A DNA stretch of 59,916 bases from contig DATBBL010000273.1 in assembly GCA_036271015.1 (NCBI GenBank), forward strand, positions 1 to 59,916, written 5' to 3'. Shown one piece after another: positions 16,518-25,155 of the stretch; position 1 is the stretch's first letter, and each line of letters starts with the position of its first letter. The notes under the pieces are model-generated. The model saw nothing but the letters and a program-made list of their open reading frames with translations, did no database searches and had not been told where the DNA came from. The DNA comes from Acidimicrobiia bacterium. GTDB taxonomy: Bacteria > Actinomycetota > Acidimicrobiia > IMCC26256 > DASPTH01. A program made the position numbers and the translations under genes.

Positions 16518-18650
16518 ATGGGCATCGCCATCTCCGAGGACCATCTCGAGCTCGCCGGCGTGGCCGACGCGTTCCTCGCGCGCACCGGCGCCCGGACCGA
16601 AGCGCGCGCACTGCTCGACGCGCCCGAGGAGTCGTTGCCCGCGTCGTGGAAGGAGATGGCCGACCTGGGCTGGCTGGGCCTGCACCTCCCGGAGGCGCAC
16701 GGCGGTTCCGGGTTCGGGCTGGCCGAGCTCGTGATCGTCGTCGAGGCGCTCGGCGCCGCCATCGCCCCGGGGCCGTTCCTCCCGACGGTGTGGGCGTCGG
16801 CGGTGATCGCCGCCGTCGGCACCGACGCCCAACACGCCGCGCTGCTGCCCGGGCTCGCCGACGGTTCGGTGCCCGCGGCGGTCGGGCTCGACCAGTCGAG
16901 CGGGCTGGTGCTCGGCGCGGGTCTGGCCGACCTCTTCCTGCTCGCCCGCGGTGACGACCTCCTCGTCGCGCACCGCGACGAGGTCACCGTCACCGTGCCC
17001 GCCAACACCGACGCCACCCGCCGCGTGGGGCGGGTGGTGTTCGACGGGACACCGGGCGACGACCGGGTGCTCACCGGTGCCCGGCGCACCGCGGTCTCGC
17101 TCGGGCGCCTGCTCGCGGCGGCCGAGGCCACGGGCGGCGCGCAGACGTGCGTCACCATGGCCAGCGACTACGCGAAGGTGCGCGAGCAGTTCGGTCGCGT
17201 CATCGGCATGTTCCAGGCCGTGAAGCACCAAGCCGCCGACATGTTCGTGGCCACGCAGCTCGCGACCGCTGCCACGTGGGACGCGGCCCGTACCGACCCG
17301 GGGACGCCCGAGTTCGAGCTGGCGGCCGCGATCGCGGCGACGCAGGCGCTCCCGTCGTTCGTCGCCTGCGCGGAGACGAACATCCAGCTGCACGGCGGTA
17401 TCGGCTTCACGTGGGAGCACGACGCGCACGTCATCCTCAAGCGCGCGGTTGCGCTGGCGGGGGTCTTCGGCCCGATCGGTGAGATCGAGGCCGACGTCAC
17501 CCGGCTCACCGACAGCGGCGTCGTCGGCGCGCACGCGGTCGAGCTGCCGCCGGAGGCCGAGACCTACCGCACCGAGGTGCGCGAGTTCATCGCGCGGTAC
17601 CAGTCGTTGCCCGCCGACCAGCAGCTCGGCGCGTTCCTCGACTCCGGGTACGCGCTCGCGCACTGGCGGAAGCCGTGGGGGCGCGCCGCCAGCGCGGTCG
17701 AGCAGCTCGTGATCGACGAGGAGCTCGGTGCCGCCGGCGTCAAGCGGCCGCAGTACGGGATCGGCGGCTGGGTCATCCAGACGATCACGCAGCACGCCGA
17801 CGAGCAGCAGATCGAGCGCTGGATCCGACCGAGCCTCGAGCACGAGTACGTGTGGTGCCAGCTGTTCAGCGAGCCGGGCGCGGGCTCCGACGCCGCCGGC
17901 ATCCGCACCCGTGCGACCAAGGTCGACGGCGGCTGGCTGGTCAACGGCCAGAAGGTCTGGACCAGTGGCGCGGCCTACTGCAACCGTGGGTTCGCCACCG
18001 TGCGCACCGACCCCGACAAGCCGAAGCACGACGGCATCACCATGATGGTGATCGACCTACACGCCCCGGGCGTCGACATCCGGCCGCTGCGCGAGGCGAG
18101 CGGGGGCGAGCTGTTCTGCGAGGTGTTCCTCGACGACGTGTTCGTCGCCGACGAGGACGTCGTCGGCCCGGTCGACGGCGGGTGGAGGGTGGCGCGCTCG
18201 ACGCTCGGCAACGAACGGGTGAGCATCGGTGGCGGCAGCGACATCGGCGACGCGCAGTTCGATCTGCTCGACCTGGTGCACCGGTATGCCACCGTCGACG
18301 GCACCGCCGACTCCGCTGCGGTCCAGGCCGTCGGGCGGCTACTGGCGGAGCGCCGGGCGATGCGGCTGCTGAACCTCCGCTCGGCCGAACGGGCCGTCGC
18401 CGGCGCGGAGCCCGGCCCGGAGGGCAACGTGGCCAAGCTCCTCTCGGGCGAGCACACCCAGCGCGTCGCCGCCCTCGGGCTGCGTCTCATCGGCCCGGTC
18501 GGCGCACTCGCCGAGGGGCCCGACGCCGGGGTGCAGGCGACCGAGGTGTTCGCCCGCTGTCTGACCATCGCCGGCGGCACGTCGGAGATCGTGCGCAGCA
18601 CGATCGGTGAGCGCCTGCTCGGACTGCCCCGCGACCCCCTACTGCGGTAG
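16518..18650 (+). CDS. Fused two-domain acyl-CoA dehydrogenase (beta-like N-half plus catalytic alpha-like C-half)
   Basis: 710 aa; GGAGG lies 8 nt upstream of the ATG. The N-half ends IQLHGGIGFTWEHDAHVILKRAVALAG, with no catalytic-Glu motif and no SEP-x-GSD motif. The C-half has CQLFSEPGAGSDAAG and IAGGTSEIVRSTIGERLLGLPRDP. Confidence 0.9.
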   Translation: MGIAISEDHLELAGVADAFLARTGARTEARALLDAPEESLPASWKEMADLGWLGLHLPEAHGGSGFGLAELVIVVEALGAAIAPGPFLPTVWASAVIAAVGTDAQHAALLPGLADGSVPAAVGLDQSSGLVLGAGLADLFLLARGDDLLVAHRDEVTVTVPANTDATRRVGRVVFDGTPGDDRVLTGARRTAVSLGRLLAAAEATGGAQTCVTMASDYAKVREQFGRVIGMFQAVKHQAADMFVATQLATAATWDAARTDPGTPEFELAAAIAATQALPSFVACAETNIQLHGGIGFTWEHDAHVILKRAVALAGVFGPIGEIEADVTRLTDSGVVGAHAVELPPEAETYRTEVREFIARYQSLPADQQLGAFLDSGYALAHWRKPWGRAASAVEQLVIDEELGAAGVKRPQYGIGGWVIQTITQHADEQQIERWIRPSLEHEYVWCQLFSEPGAGSDAAGIRTRATKVDGGWLVNGQKVWTSGAAYCNRGFATVRTDPDKPKHDGITMMVIDLHAPGVDIRPLREASGGELFCEVFLDDVFVADEDVVGPVDGGWRVARSTLGNERVSIGGGSDIGDAQFDLLDLVHRYATVDGTADSAAVQAVGRLLAERRAMRLLNLRSAERAVAGAEPGPEGNVAKLLSGEHTQRVAALGLRLIGPVGALAEGPDAGVQATEVFARCLTIAGGTSEIVRSTIGERLLGLPRDPLLR

Positions 18651-18660
18651 CGAAGCCCAC

Positions 18661-18682
18661 CCCGGCGACCGGCGCCGGGTTT
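18661..18682 (+). terminator. Intrinsic-terminator-like hairpin after the fused ACAD gene
   Basis: CCCGGCG-accgg-CGCCGGG followed by TTT, 11 nt after the stop at 18650. Confidence 0.45.
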
Positions 18683-18719
18683 ACATACGCGCTCGTATGT
18701 GATCTACTTCCTCGTAGAT
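18683..18719. promoter_or_regulatory. Two adjacent AT-rich inverted repeats (candidate TetR-type operators) upstream of the CoA-transferase/TetR operon
   Basis: ACATACG-cgct-CGTATGT (18683-18700) and ATCTAC-ttcctc-GTAGAT (18702-18719). This is the most AT-rich stretch of the cluster and lies 20-55 nt upstream of the 18740 start. Confidence 0.4.
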
Positions 18720-18739
18720 ATCCAGGGGGCCCGGCCGCG

Positions 18740-19978
18740 GTGCCCTCGGTCGAGGGGGAGCGCGTGACCGGTCTGCTGGAGGGAGTGCGGGTCGTCGAGA
18801 CGGGCGTCCTCATGACCGTCGACAACCTCGGCCGCCTCCTCGGCGACGAGGGCGCCGAGGTGGTGAAGGTGGAGACGCCGCAACTCGGCGACTACCTGCG
18901 CGACATCATGATCCGTTTCGCCCCGGGCTGGTCGGCATTCCACCTGATGCTGAACCGGAACAAGCGCAGCGTCACCGTCGATGCCCGGACGACTGATGGC
19001 CGCGGGATCATGGAACGGCTCATCGAGCGTGCCGACGTCTTCATCACCGGCAACGTCGGCACCACCAACGAGAAGCTCGGGCTCGACTACGAGTCGGTGC
19101 GACGCATCCGTCCCGACATCGTCTACTGCCAGGCCACGGGCTACGGCGCGACTGGGCCCTACGCCGAGATCCCGACCCACGGACAGATGATGGACGACCT
19201 CGGCGGGAGTGCGCCGGCACTGCACCTGGATGGACACGGGCTCGTCGAACACGTCCCGGATGCCCCCGAGCCCGAGCGGCGCAGCGGCGTGGTCGTGGGT
19301 CCGATGTACGCGGCCTTCGGTGTGGCTGCGGCGCTCGCTCGCCGCGGACGCACCGGCGAGGGTGCCTACCTCGACGTCTCGTGCGCCGACGCGGTGCTCG
19401 CGTGCAAGTGGATCGAGGCGCTCCCCACCCTCAACCCCGAACTCGTCGATGCCAGTGGCCCCGGCCCGAGCGGGCCCGCAGCCTCGGCGAAGTACCAGCA
19501 CTACGCCACCGCCGACGGCAAGTTCATCCTCTTCTGTGGCATCGAACCCAAATTCTGGGACCACTTCTGCCGAGCCGTCGGCCGTGACGACCTTCTCGAC
19601 GTCCACCGTCGCGATCTCGTCGTCGATTTCGGCGGGGGTGACGACGCGCTGCGCGCCGAGCTGCAGTCGATCTTCGCCGGCCGTTCCCTCGCCGAGTGGA
19701 TGGAGATCGCGATCGAGCACGACATCGCCATGGGACCCGCGCTGCGCTTCGACGAGATCGACACGGATCCGCACCTGCGCGCGCGGGGGATGGTCGTCAC
19801 CGAGACCCACCCCGTGCTCGGCGAGTTCGAGACGCTCGGCAACCCGGTCGTCGTGCCCGGGGCGGAGTTCGAGCTCCGCTCGGCGCCGACCCTCGGGCAG
19901 CACACCGACGCGGTGCTCGCCGAGCTCGGGTACGACGACGAGCAGTGTGCGCGTCTCCGCGCCGACGGCGTGGTCTGA
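18740..19978 (+). CDS. Family III CoA-transferase (CaiB/BaiF/MCR family)
   Basis: 412 aa. Motifs GLLEGVRVVETGVLMT, NRNKRSVTVD, RPDIVYCQATGYGATGPY, LGQHTDAVLAELGY. GTG 18740; an alternative in-frame GTG at 18764 is preceded by GAGGGGGAG. Confidence 0.88.
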   Translation: MPSVEGERVTGLLEGVRVVETGVLMTVDNLGRLLGDEGAEVVKVETPQLGDYLRDIMIRFAPGWSAFHLMLNRNKRSVTVDARTTDGRGIMERLIERADVFITGNVGTTNEKLGLDYESVRRIRPDIVYCQATGYGATGPYAEIPTHGQMMDDLGGSAPALHLDGHGLVEHVPDAPEPERRSGVVVGPMYAAFGVAAALARRGRTGEGAYLDVSCADAVLACKWIEALPTLNPELVDASGPGPSGPAASAKYQHYATADGKFILFCGIEPKFWDHFCRAVGRDDLLDVHRRDLVVDFGGGDDALRAELQSIFAGRSLAEWMEIAIEHDIAMGPALRFDEIDTDPHLRARGMVVTETHPVLGEFETLGNPVVVPGAEFELRSAPTLGQHTDAVLAELGYDDEQCARLRADGVV

Positions 19979-19993
19979 CGGCGAGGCCTCGAC

Positions 19994-20620
19994 GTGGTGG
20001 TGGAACGACTCACGCAGGAGCGCCGTAAGGAGCTCACGCGCGCGACGCTCGTTGCTGCCGCCGCCGAGGTCTTCGCGCGCAAAGGCTTCGTCGCCGCGTC
20101 GCTCGACGAGATCGCCGACGCCGCGGGGTACACCCGCGGGGCCATCCACTTCCACTTCGGCTCGAAGGAAGACCTGTTCCTGGCGGTCCTCGCCCGGCAC
20201 GAGGAACACCTCCTGGCCAGCTACGTGGAGCGCCGGCGCGCGTCCGAGAGCTTCGGCACCGACGCAGCCACCAACGCCTCCGAGTGGACGGCGGTGCACG
20301 CGGCCGGCGGTGCCGACGACGTGCTGCTGCAACTGGAGTTCAGCACGTTCGCCCTGCGGAACCCCGGCTTCCGGGTGCGGGCCTCGGAGTTGGAGCACCG
20401 AACCGTCGCCGCGACCGCCGAGCACCTCGTGCAGCTCGCCGAGCAGCGTGGCCTGCGGTGGAAGGTACCGGTGGAGCAGGTGTCGGAGCTGCTGCACGTC
20501 ACCTCGCGCGGTCTGGTCGAGCGGGCGGCGATCACCACGCGCGACGAGGAAGCGACCTTCGAGGCGTTCCTCTCCATGCTGTGGGAGCACGCGCTCGAGC
20601 CCCTACCCACGGAGGGATGA
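19994..20620 (+). CDS. TetR/AcrR family transcriptional regulator
   Basis: 208 aa. N-terminal HTH: ATLVAAAAEVFARKGFVAASLDEIADAAGYTRGAIHFHFGSKEDLF. GTG start with GAGG 7 nt upstream. Confidence 0.9.
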   Translation: MVVERLTQERRKELTRATLVAAAAEVFARKGFVAASLDEIADAAGYTRGAIHFHFGSKEDLFLAVLARHEEHLLASYVERRRASESFGTDAATNASEWTAVHAAGGADDVLLQLEFSTFALRNPGFRVRASELEHRTVAATAEHLVQLAEQRGLRWKVPVEQVSELLHVTSRGLVERAAITTRDEEATFEAFLSMLWEHALEPLPTEG

Positions 20621-20621
20621 C

Positions 20622-22934
20622 ATGCCCGGACCACTGGAGGGGCTCCGAGTCGTCGACTGCTCGTGGGGGGCCGCGGGCCCCCGCGCCACCGGCATGCTGG
20701 CCGACGCCGGCGCCGACGTCATCTGGGTGGAGCCGCCCGCAGGCGACCCCTGGCGGCGCGCACTCCCCGCCGCCGCGTCGGTGTTCAACCGGGGGAAGCG
20801 CAGCCGTGTCCTCGATCTCACCCGGCCTGACGGGCGCGACGCGTTGTCCGAGCTCGTCGCGGCAGCCGACGTGTTCGTCGAGAGCTGGCGCCCGGGCATC
20901 GCCGACCGCCTCGGAGTCGGGTACGCCGTGCTCCACGAACGCAACCCGGCGCTGGTGTACTGCTCGATCTCCGGCTTCGGCGTCGACGACGCGCGTCGCG
21001 ACATCCCAGGCCACGAAGCGCTCGTGCACGCGCTCGCGGGCACGATGGCCGAGCAGCCGGGCCATCGCGACGGCCCGATCTTCGAGGGACTCCCGTTCGC
21101 GTCGATCGGCGCGGCGTACCTCGCCCTGATCGGCACGCTCGCCGCCCTCTACCGCCGCCACGACGACGGTTGGGGACGGCACGTCGAGACCTCGTTGCTG
21201 GACGGCGCCCTCGCGTACTTCTCGATGCTCTGGGGCGAGTCGGACACCACGCCCGCGGGACCGACGTTGAAGTCACAGGGCAGCACCCGCATCATCACCC
21301 GGACGTTCCTGTGTGCCGACGACCGGTACCTCGGCGTGCACACCGGCGCGGTCGGCGCCTTCGGTCGGCTGATGAGCGTCCTCGGCCTCGACGACCGCAT
21401 CCCGCCGAGCGAGAGCGGTCTCGATATGGGGATGCCGCTCACGCCTGAGCAGGTGACGATTCTCGACAGCGAGATCCACGACCTCTTCCGGTCGCGCTCA
21501 TGCGGCGAATGGGTGGCGCTCCTGCGTGACGCCGACGTGTGCGCAATCGAGCACCTGCAGCCGTGTGAGGTCTTCGACTCGCCGCAGGCACGGCACAACG
21601 GCATGGTGGTCACCGTCGACGATCCCGTCCTCGGACCCGTGGAACAGGTGGCGCCGGCGGCGAAGTTCACGCGCACGCCGATGCGGGTGCAAGGACCCGC
21701 GCCGCGCGTCGGCGAGCACCCCGGCGCGACCTTTGCCGACCCGACGGGGTCGCTCGCCACACCCTCGTCACCGCCCGACACCCGACCACTCCTCCACGGT
21801 CTGAAGATCCTCGATCTCGGCGCGTACTACGCGGGCCCGTATTCGTCGCGCCTGCTCGCCGACCTCGGCGCCGACGTGATCAAGCTCGAGCCCGTGGTCG
21901 GTGATCCCCTACGGGGCATCGAGCGGCCGTTCGCCTCGGCCCAGGCGGGGAAGCGCTCGATCGCGGCGAACCTCAAGGATCCGGACCTCGGGCCGGCGGT
22001 GCGCGGGCTGCTCGCGTGGGCCGACGTCGTGCACCACAACCAACGGCCCGGCGCGGCCGAGCGCCTCGGCCTCGACGCAGACGCGGCGCACGCGGTGAAC
22101 CCGGAGCTGGTGTACCTCTATGCGCCGGGTTGGGGTTCGACCGGGCCCGACATGATGCGGCAGAGCTTCGCGCCGATGATGTCGGGCTACGCCGGCATCG
22201 GGTTCGAGTGCGCCGGCGAGTACAACCCCCCGATCTGGCCCGCCGGGAACGAGGACCCGGGCAACGGCCTGCTCGGCGCGGTGGCGGTGCTCATGGCGCT
22301 GCACCACCGTCGGCGGGGCGGCGGCGGCCAGGTGGTCGAGAACCCGCAGCTCAACGCGACCATGGCGCACATGGCGCATGCGGTGCGCACGGCCGACGGC
22401 GGGGTGGTCGGCGCGCACCGCCTCGATCCCCTCCAGCTCGGCGTCGGCGCGTTCGAGCGCCTCTACGAGACCGCCGACGGCTGGGTGTGCATCGTTGCGT
22501 TCGATGCCGAGCAGCAGGCCGCGCTCGGCGCGCTGGCCGGTGTCGACGTCGGTCTCGGGACCGACTCCGACGACGAGGTCGACCACTACGCGGTCGGGCT
22601 CCGCCTCGCGAAGGCGCTGTCGGCGCGCAAGACCGACGAGTTGCTCGACGAGCTGATCCTCGCGGGGGTCCCGGCGGCGGTTCCCGTCGGGAACCAGATG
22701 AGCGCGTTCATGCGCGATCCCGAGCAGCGGCGGCTCGGCCGCGTCGCCGAGGTACACCATCCCGAGAAGGGCGCGGTGCGCGAGCTGGCGGTGCTACTCC
22801 GCGTGTCGGACACGGACACCGTTCCCCACCGGCTCGCGCCCGCGCTCGGCGAGCACACCGACGCGCTGCTGCACGAGCTCGGGTACGACGGGGGACAGAT
22901 CGACGCGCTGCGTGCGCGCAGCGCGATCCGATGA
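20622..22934 (+). CDS. Tandem-fused family III CoA-transferase (two CaiB-like domains in one polypeptide)
   Basis: ATG 20622, 1 nt after the TetR stop, with GGAGGG upstream. 770 aa. Domain 1 has PLEGLRVVDCSWGAAGP...NRGKRSRVLDL...VGEHPG. A Pro/Ser linker follows. Domain 2 has LLHGLKILDLGAYYAGP...QAGKRSIAANL...LGEHTDALLHELGY. Confidence 0.85.
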   Translation: MPGPLEGLRVVDCSWGAAGPRATGMLADAGADVIWVEPPAGDPWRRALPAAASVFNRGKRSRVLDLTRPDGRDALSELVAAADVFVESWRPGIADRLGVGYAVLHERNPALVYCSISGFGVDDARRDIPGHEALVHALAGTMAEQPGHRDGPIFEGLPFASIGAAYLALIGTLAALYRRHDDGWGRHVETSLLDGALAYFSMLWGESDTTPAGPTLKSQGSTRIITRTFLCADDRYLGVHTGAVGAFGRLMSVLGLDDRIPPSESGLDMGMPLTPEQVTILDSEIHDLFRSRSCGEWVALLRDADVCAIEHLQPCEVFDSPQARHNGMVVTVDDPVLGPVEQVAPAAKFTRTPMRVQGPAPRVGEHPGATFADPTGSLATPSSPPDTRPLLHGLKILDLGAYYAGPYSSRLLADLGADVIKLEPVVGDPLRGIERPFASAQAGKRSIAANLKDPDLGPAVRGLLAWADVVHHNQRPGAAERLGLDADAAHAVNPELVYLYAPGWGSTGPDMMRQSFAPMMSGYAGIGFECAGEYNPPIWPAGNEDPGNGLLGAVAVLMALHHRRRGGGGQVVENPQLNATMAHMAHAVRTADGGVVGAHRLDPLQLGVGAFERLYETADGWVCIVAFDAEQQAALGALAGVDVGLGTDSDDEVDHYAVGLRLAKALSARKTDELLDELILAGVPAAVPVGNQMSAFMRDPEQRRLGRVAEVHHPEKGAVRELAVLLRVSDTDTVPHRLAPALGEHTDALLHELGYDGGQIDALRARSAIR

Positions 22935-22971
22935 GCAGCCCGGTGAGCAGCCGGGCGACCAGGAGGCGACC

Positions 22972-24291
22972 ATGACGAACTGCACCGCGCAGGTCCTGCG
23001 GGGCGCGATCTACGAAACATGCGGCGCACCCGTGGGCGCCGACGGGCGTTGTGAGGCCGGCCACGTCGAGGGCGAGGCCGTGGTCAAGGCGGCCGAACAT
23101 CACCGTGCCGCACCGGATCTCAACCTCACGCCCGGAACGTGGCCGGTCACCCGGAAGTTCTTCAGCGTCGACGACCACATCGTGGAACCAGCCGACGTGT
23201 GGTCGAAGCGGGTACCCGCCAAGTTCCGCGACGCCGCGCCCCACGTCGTGGAGGCCGACGGACGCGAGTACTGGGAGTACGAGGGCAACCGCGCGCTCAC
23301 GATGGGGCTCAACGCGGTGGCCGGCAAGCCGCGCGACCAGTGGACCATGGAGCCGACTCGGTTCTCCGACATGATCCCCGGTTGCTACGAACCCGCCGCC
23401 CGCGCCCGCGACATGGTGTCGGACGGCATCACCGCGTCCGTCTGCTTCCCGACGCTGCCGCGCTTCGGTGGCGTGCTCTTCAATGACTTCGCCGACAAGG
23501 AGCTTGCCGACGCCTGCGTGAAGGCGTGGAACGACTTCATCTTCGAGGAGTGGTGCGCGGCGGCGCCCGCCCTCTTCGTGCCCATGCCGATTTGCCAGAT
23601 CTGGGACCCGGTGGCGGCCGCCGCCGAGATCCGGCGCAATGCGGCGCGCGGCGCGCGGGCGCTCTGCTTCCCCGAGGAGACGAGCTACCTCGGGCTCCCC
23701 TCGTTCTACAGCGACCACTGGGATCCGATCTGGGACGCGGTCACCGAAGCCGACCTCCCCGTGTGCATGCACATCGGTTCGTCGGGCAACACCGCCTTCC
23801 AGCCGCCGGACGCGCCCTTCTCGCTGACCATCGCCCTGGCCTTTGTGGCGGCCGCCCAGAGCGCGGTCGGGCTCATGATGAGCCCGGTGCCGCGGAAGTT
23901 CCCGACGGTGAAGTTCGTGATGTCGGAGGGCGGCATCGGCTGGGTGCCCGCAGCGCTGGAGCGGGCCGACCGACAGGTCGACCGGCACCGGTACTGGTCG
24001 GGTGACGACGACCTCCTGCCCTCGGAGGTGTGCAGGCGCAACTTCTGGTTCTGCATGATCGAGGAGCCGTGGGGCATCCAGGCCACGCGGTACGAGATCG
24101 GGGTCGACCACATCTTGTGGGAGTCGGACTACCCGCATGCCGACACGACGTTCCCGAACACCCAGGTCTCCACCAAGGTCGTCTTCGACGGCATCCCCGA
24201 CGACGAGGTCGCGATGATCTCCTACCAGAACGCGGAGAAGCTATTCCATTGGCAGTGCAAGAACCCCGACGAGGTCGTCATCGCCGACTGA
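22972..24291 (+). CDS. Amidohydrolase_2 (ACMSD/LigW-type metal-dependent hydrolase/decarboxylase) family protein with Cys/His-containing N-terminal extension
   Basis: ATG 22972 with AGGAGG 5 nt upstream. The core starts at FFSVDDHIVEP and ends with ILWESDYPHADT. About 60 extra N-terminal residues carry C4, C17, C27 and H31. Confidence 0.85.
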   Translation: MTNCTAQVLRGAIYETCGAPVGADGRCEAGHVEGEAVVKAAEHHRAAPDLNLTPGTWPVTRKFFSVDDHIVEPADVWSKRVPAKFRDAAPHVVEADGREYWEYEGNRALTMGLNAVAGKPRDQWTMEPTRFSDMIPGCYEPAARARDMVSDGITASVCFPTLPRFGGVLFNDFADKELADACVKAWNDFIFEEWCAAAPALFVPMPICQIWDPVAAAAEIRRNAARGARALCFPEETSYLGLPSFYSDHWDPIWDAVTEADLPVCMHIGSSGNTAFQPPDAPFSLTIALAFVAAAQSAVGLMMSPVPRKFPTVKFVMSEGGIGWVPAALERADRQVDRHRYWSGDDDLLPSEVCRRNFWFCMIEEPWGIQATRYEIGVDHILWESDYPHADTTFPNTQVSTKVVFDGIPDDEVAMISYQNAEKLFHWQCKNPDEVVIAD

Positions 24292-24309
24292 CCGGGGTCG
24301 GTGCACAGG

Positions 24310-25080
24310 TCACGGGCGGAGACTGGCACCCCCGTCGACGCTCAGCACCTGGCCGTTGACCCACTCGCCGTCGTCGGACATCAGGAAGGCGACCATCGCC
24401 GCGATGTCGTCGGGCCGACCGAGCCGCGGGGACCGGCCGACCCCCAGCGCGTACGCGGTGAACTCGGGCGCGATGGACTCGGCCATCTTGGGGGTGAGGA
24501 CCAGGCCCGGCGCCACCGCGTTCGCCCGGATCCCCTCCCGGCCCCACCGCGACGCGACGTGGCGCACCATCGAGTTGATGCCGGCCTTCGACACGCCGTA
24601 CGACGGGCGCTGCGGTTCCCCGATGTGGCCGGCCGCCGAGCTGGTGTAGACGATCGCGCCGCCTCCGCGCGCCAGCAGGTGCGGCAGCACGTGCCGGGTG
24701 CACAACAGGTGGCCGCGCAGGTTGACCTGGAGCGTCTGGTCGAACACGTCGAGCGGGACCGTCAACGCGTCGGAGTCACGGCCAATGGTCTCGGGCGACA
24801 GGTCGGCGGCGTTGGCGTGCAGATGGTCGACGCCACCGAACTCCTGCACGGCGGCGTCCACGAGCGCGCCGACCGAGTCGTCGTCGGCGATGTCGAACTG
24901 CACCCCGAGCGCCCGGCCCCCGGCGTCGCGCACCTCGGCGGCCACGGCCTCGGCGCTCTCCCCGTCGAGGTCGCCGACCACTACCGCCGCGCCCTCCGCT
25001 CCCAGTCGGGCAGCGGTGGCGGCGCCGATGCCCGACCCGCCCCCGGCGATCACCGTCACCTTGTCCGTCAACCCACGCAT
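24310..25080 (-). CDS. SDR family oxidoreductase
   Basis: ATG 25080 inside ORF 24310..26196. 256 aa with VIAGGGSGIGAAT (TGxxxGxG-type), YGVSKAG (YxxxK) and NGQVLSVDGG. Confidence 0.9.
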   Translation of the reverse strand: MRGLTDKVTVIAGGGSGIGAATAARLGAEGAAVVVGDLDGESAEAVAAEVRDAGGRALGVQFDIADDDSVGALVDAAVQEFGGVDHLHANAADLSPETIGRDSDALTVPLDVFDQTLQVNLRGHLLCTRHVLPHLLARGGGAIVYTSSAAGHIGEPQRPSYGVSKAGINSMVRHVASRWGREGIRANAVAPGLVLTPKMAESIAPEFTAYALGVGRSPRLGRPDDIAAMVAFLMSDDGEWVNGQVLSVDGGASLRP

Positions 25081-25106
25081 CCTTGCGCTCCTCCTGCCGG
25101 GGTGGT

Positions 25107-25122
25107 CCCCATCGTGATGGGG
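25107..25122. promoter_or_regulatory. Inverted repeat in divergent SDR/MBL intergenic region
   Basis: CCCCAT-cgtg-ATGGGG in the 75-bp gap between starts 25080 (-) and 25156 (+). It overlaps an alternative in-frame ATG (25117) of the MBL gene. Confidence 0.25.
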
Positions 25123-25155
25123 CGGAAACCTACAGCGGTCTGGCATTCTCTTCCG

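Noticed and set aside
19209-20621. The N-terminal 471 residues of the 1241-aa ORF 19209-22934, which would make a giant protein.
   Set aside because: - This part overlaps, out of frame, the well-supported CoA-transferase (18740-19978) and TetR (19994-20620) genes, and it reads as Ser/Arg/Pro noise.
- The real gene starts at ATG 20622, which has a GGAGGG SD.
- The same logic trimmed these ORFs: 1527, 3619, 7413, 8009, 9094, 11696, 13162, 15510-18029, 24301, 24310-26196, 25899, 28027, 29550, 31499, 35496, 38080, 39753, 41374, 44830, 46058-47728, 51881-53494, 53382-54644, 54182-55345, 57566-58840 and 57821.
22300-22330. Poly-Arg/Gly run (HHRRRGGGGQ) inside the second CoA-transferase domain, considered as a possible insertion or frameshift scar.
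   Set aside because: The reading frame and family motifs continue normally on both sides, consistent with a surface-loop low-complexity insertion typical of GC-rich genomes.
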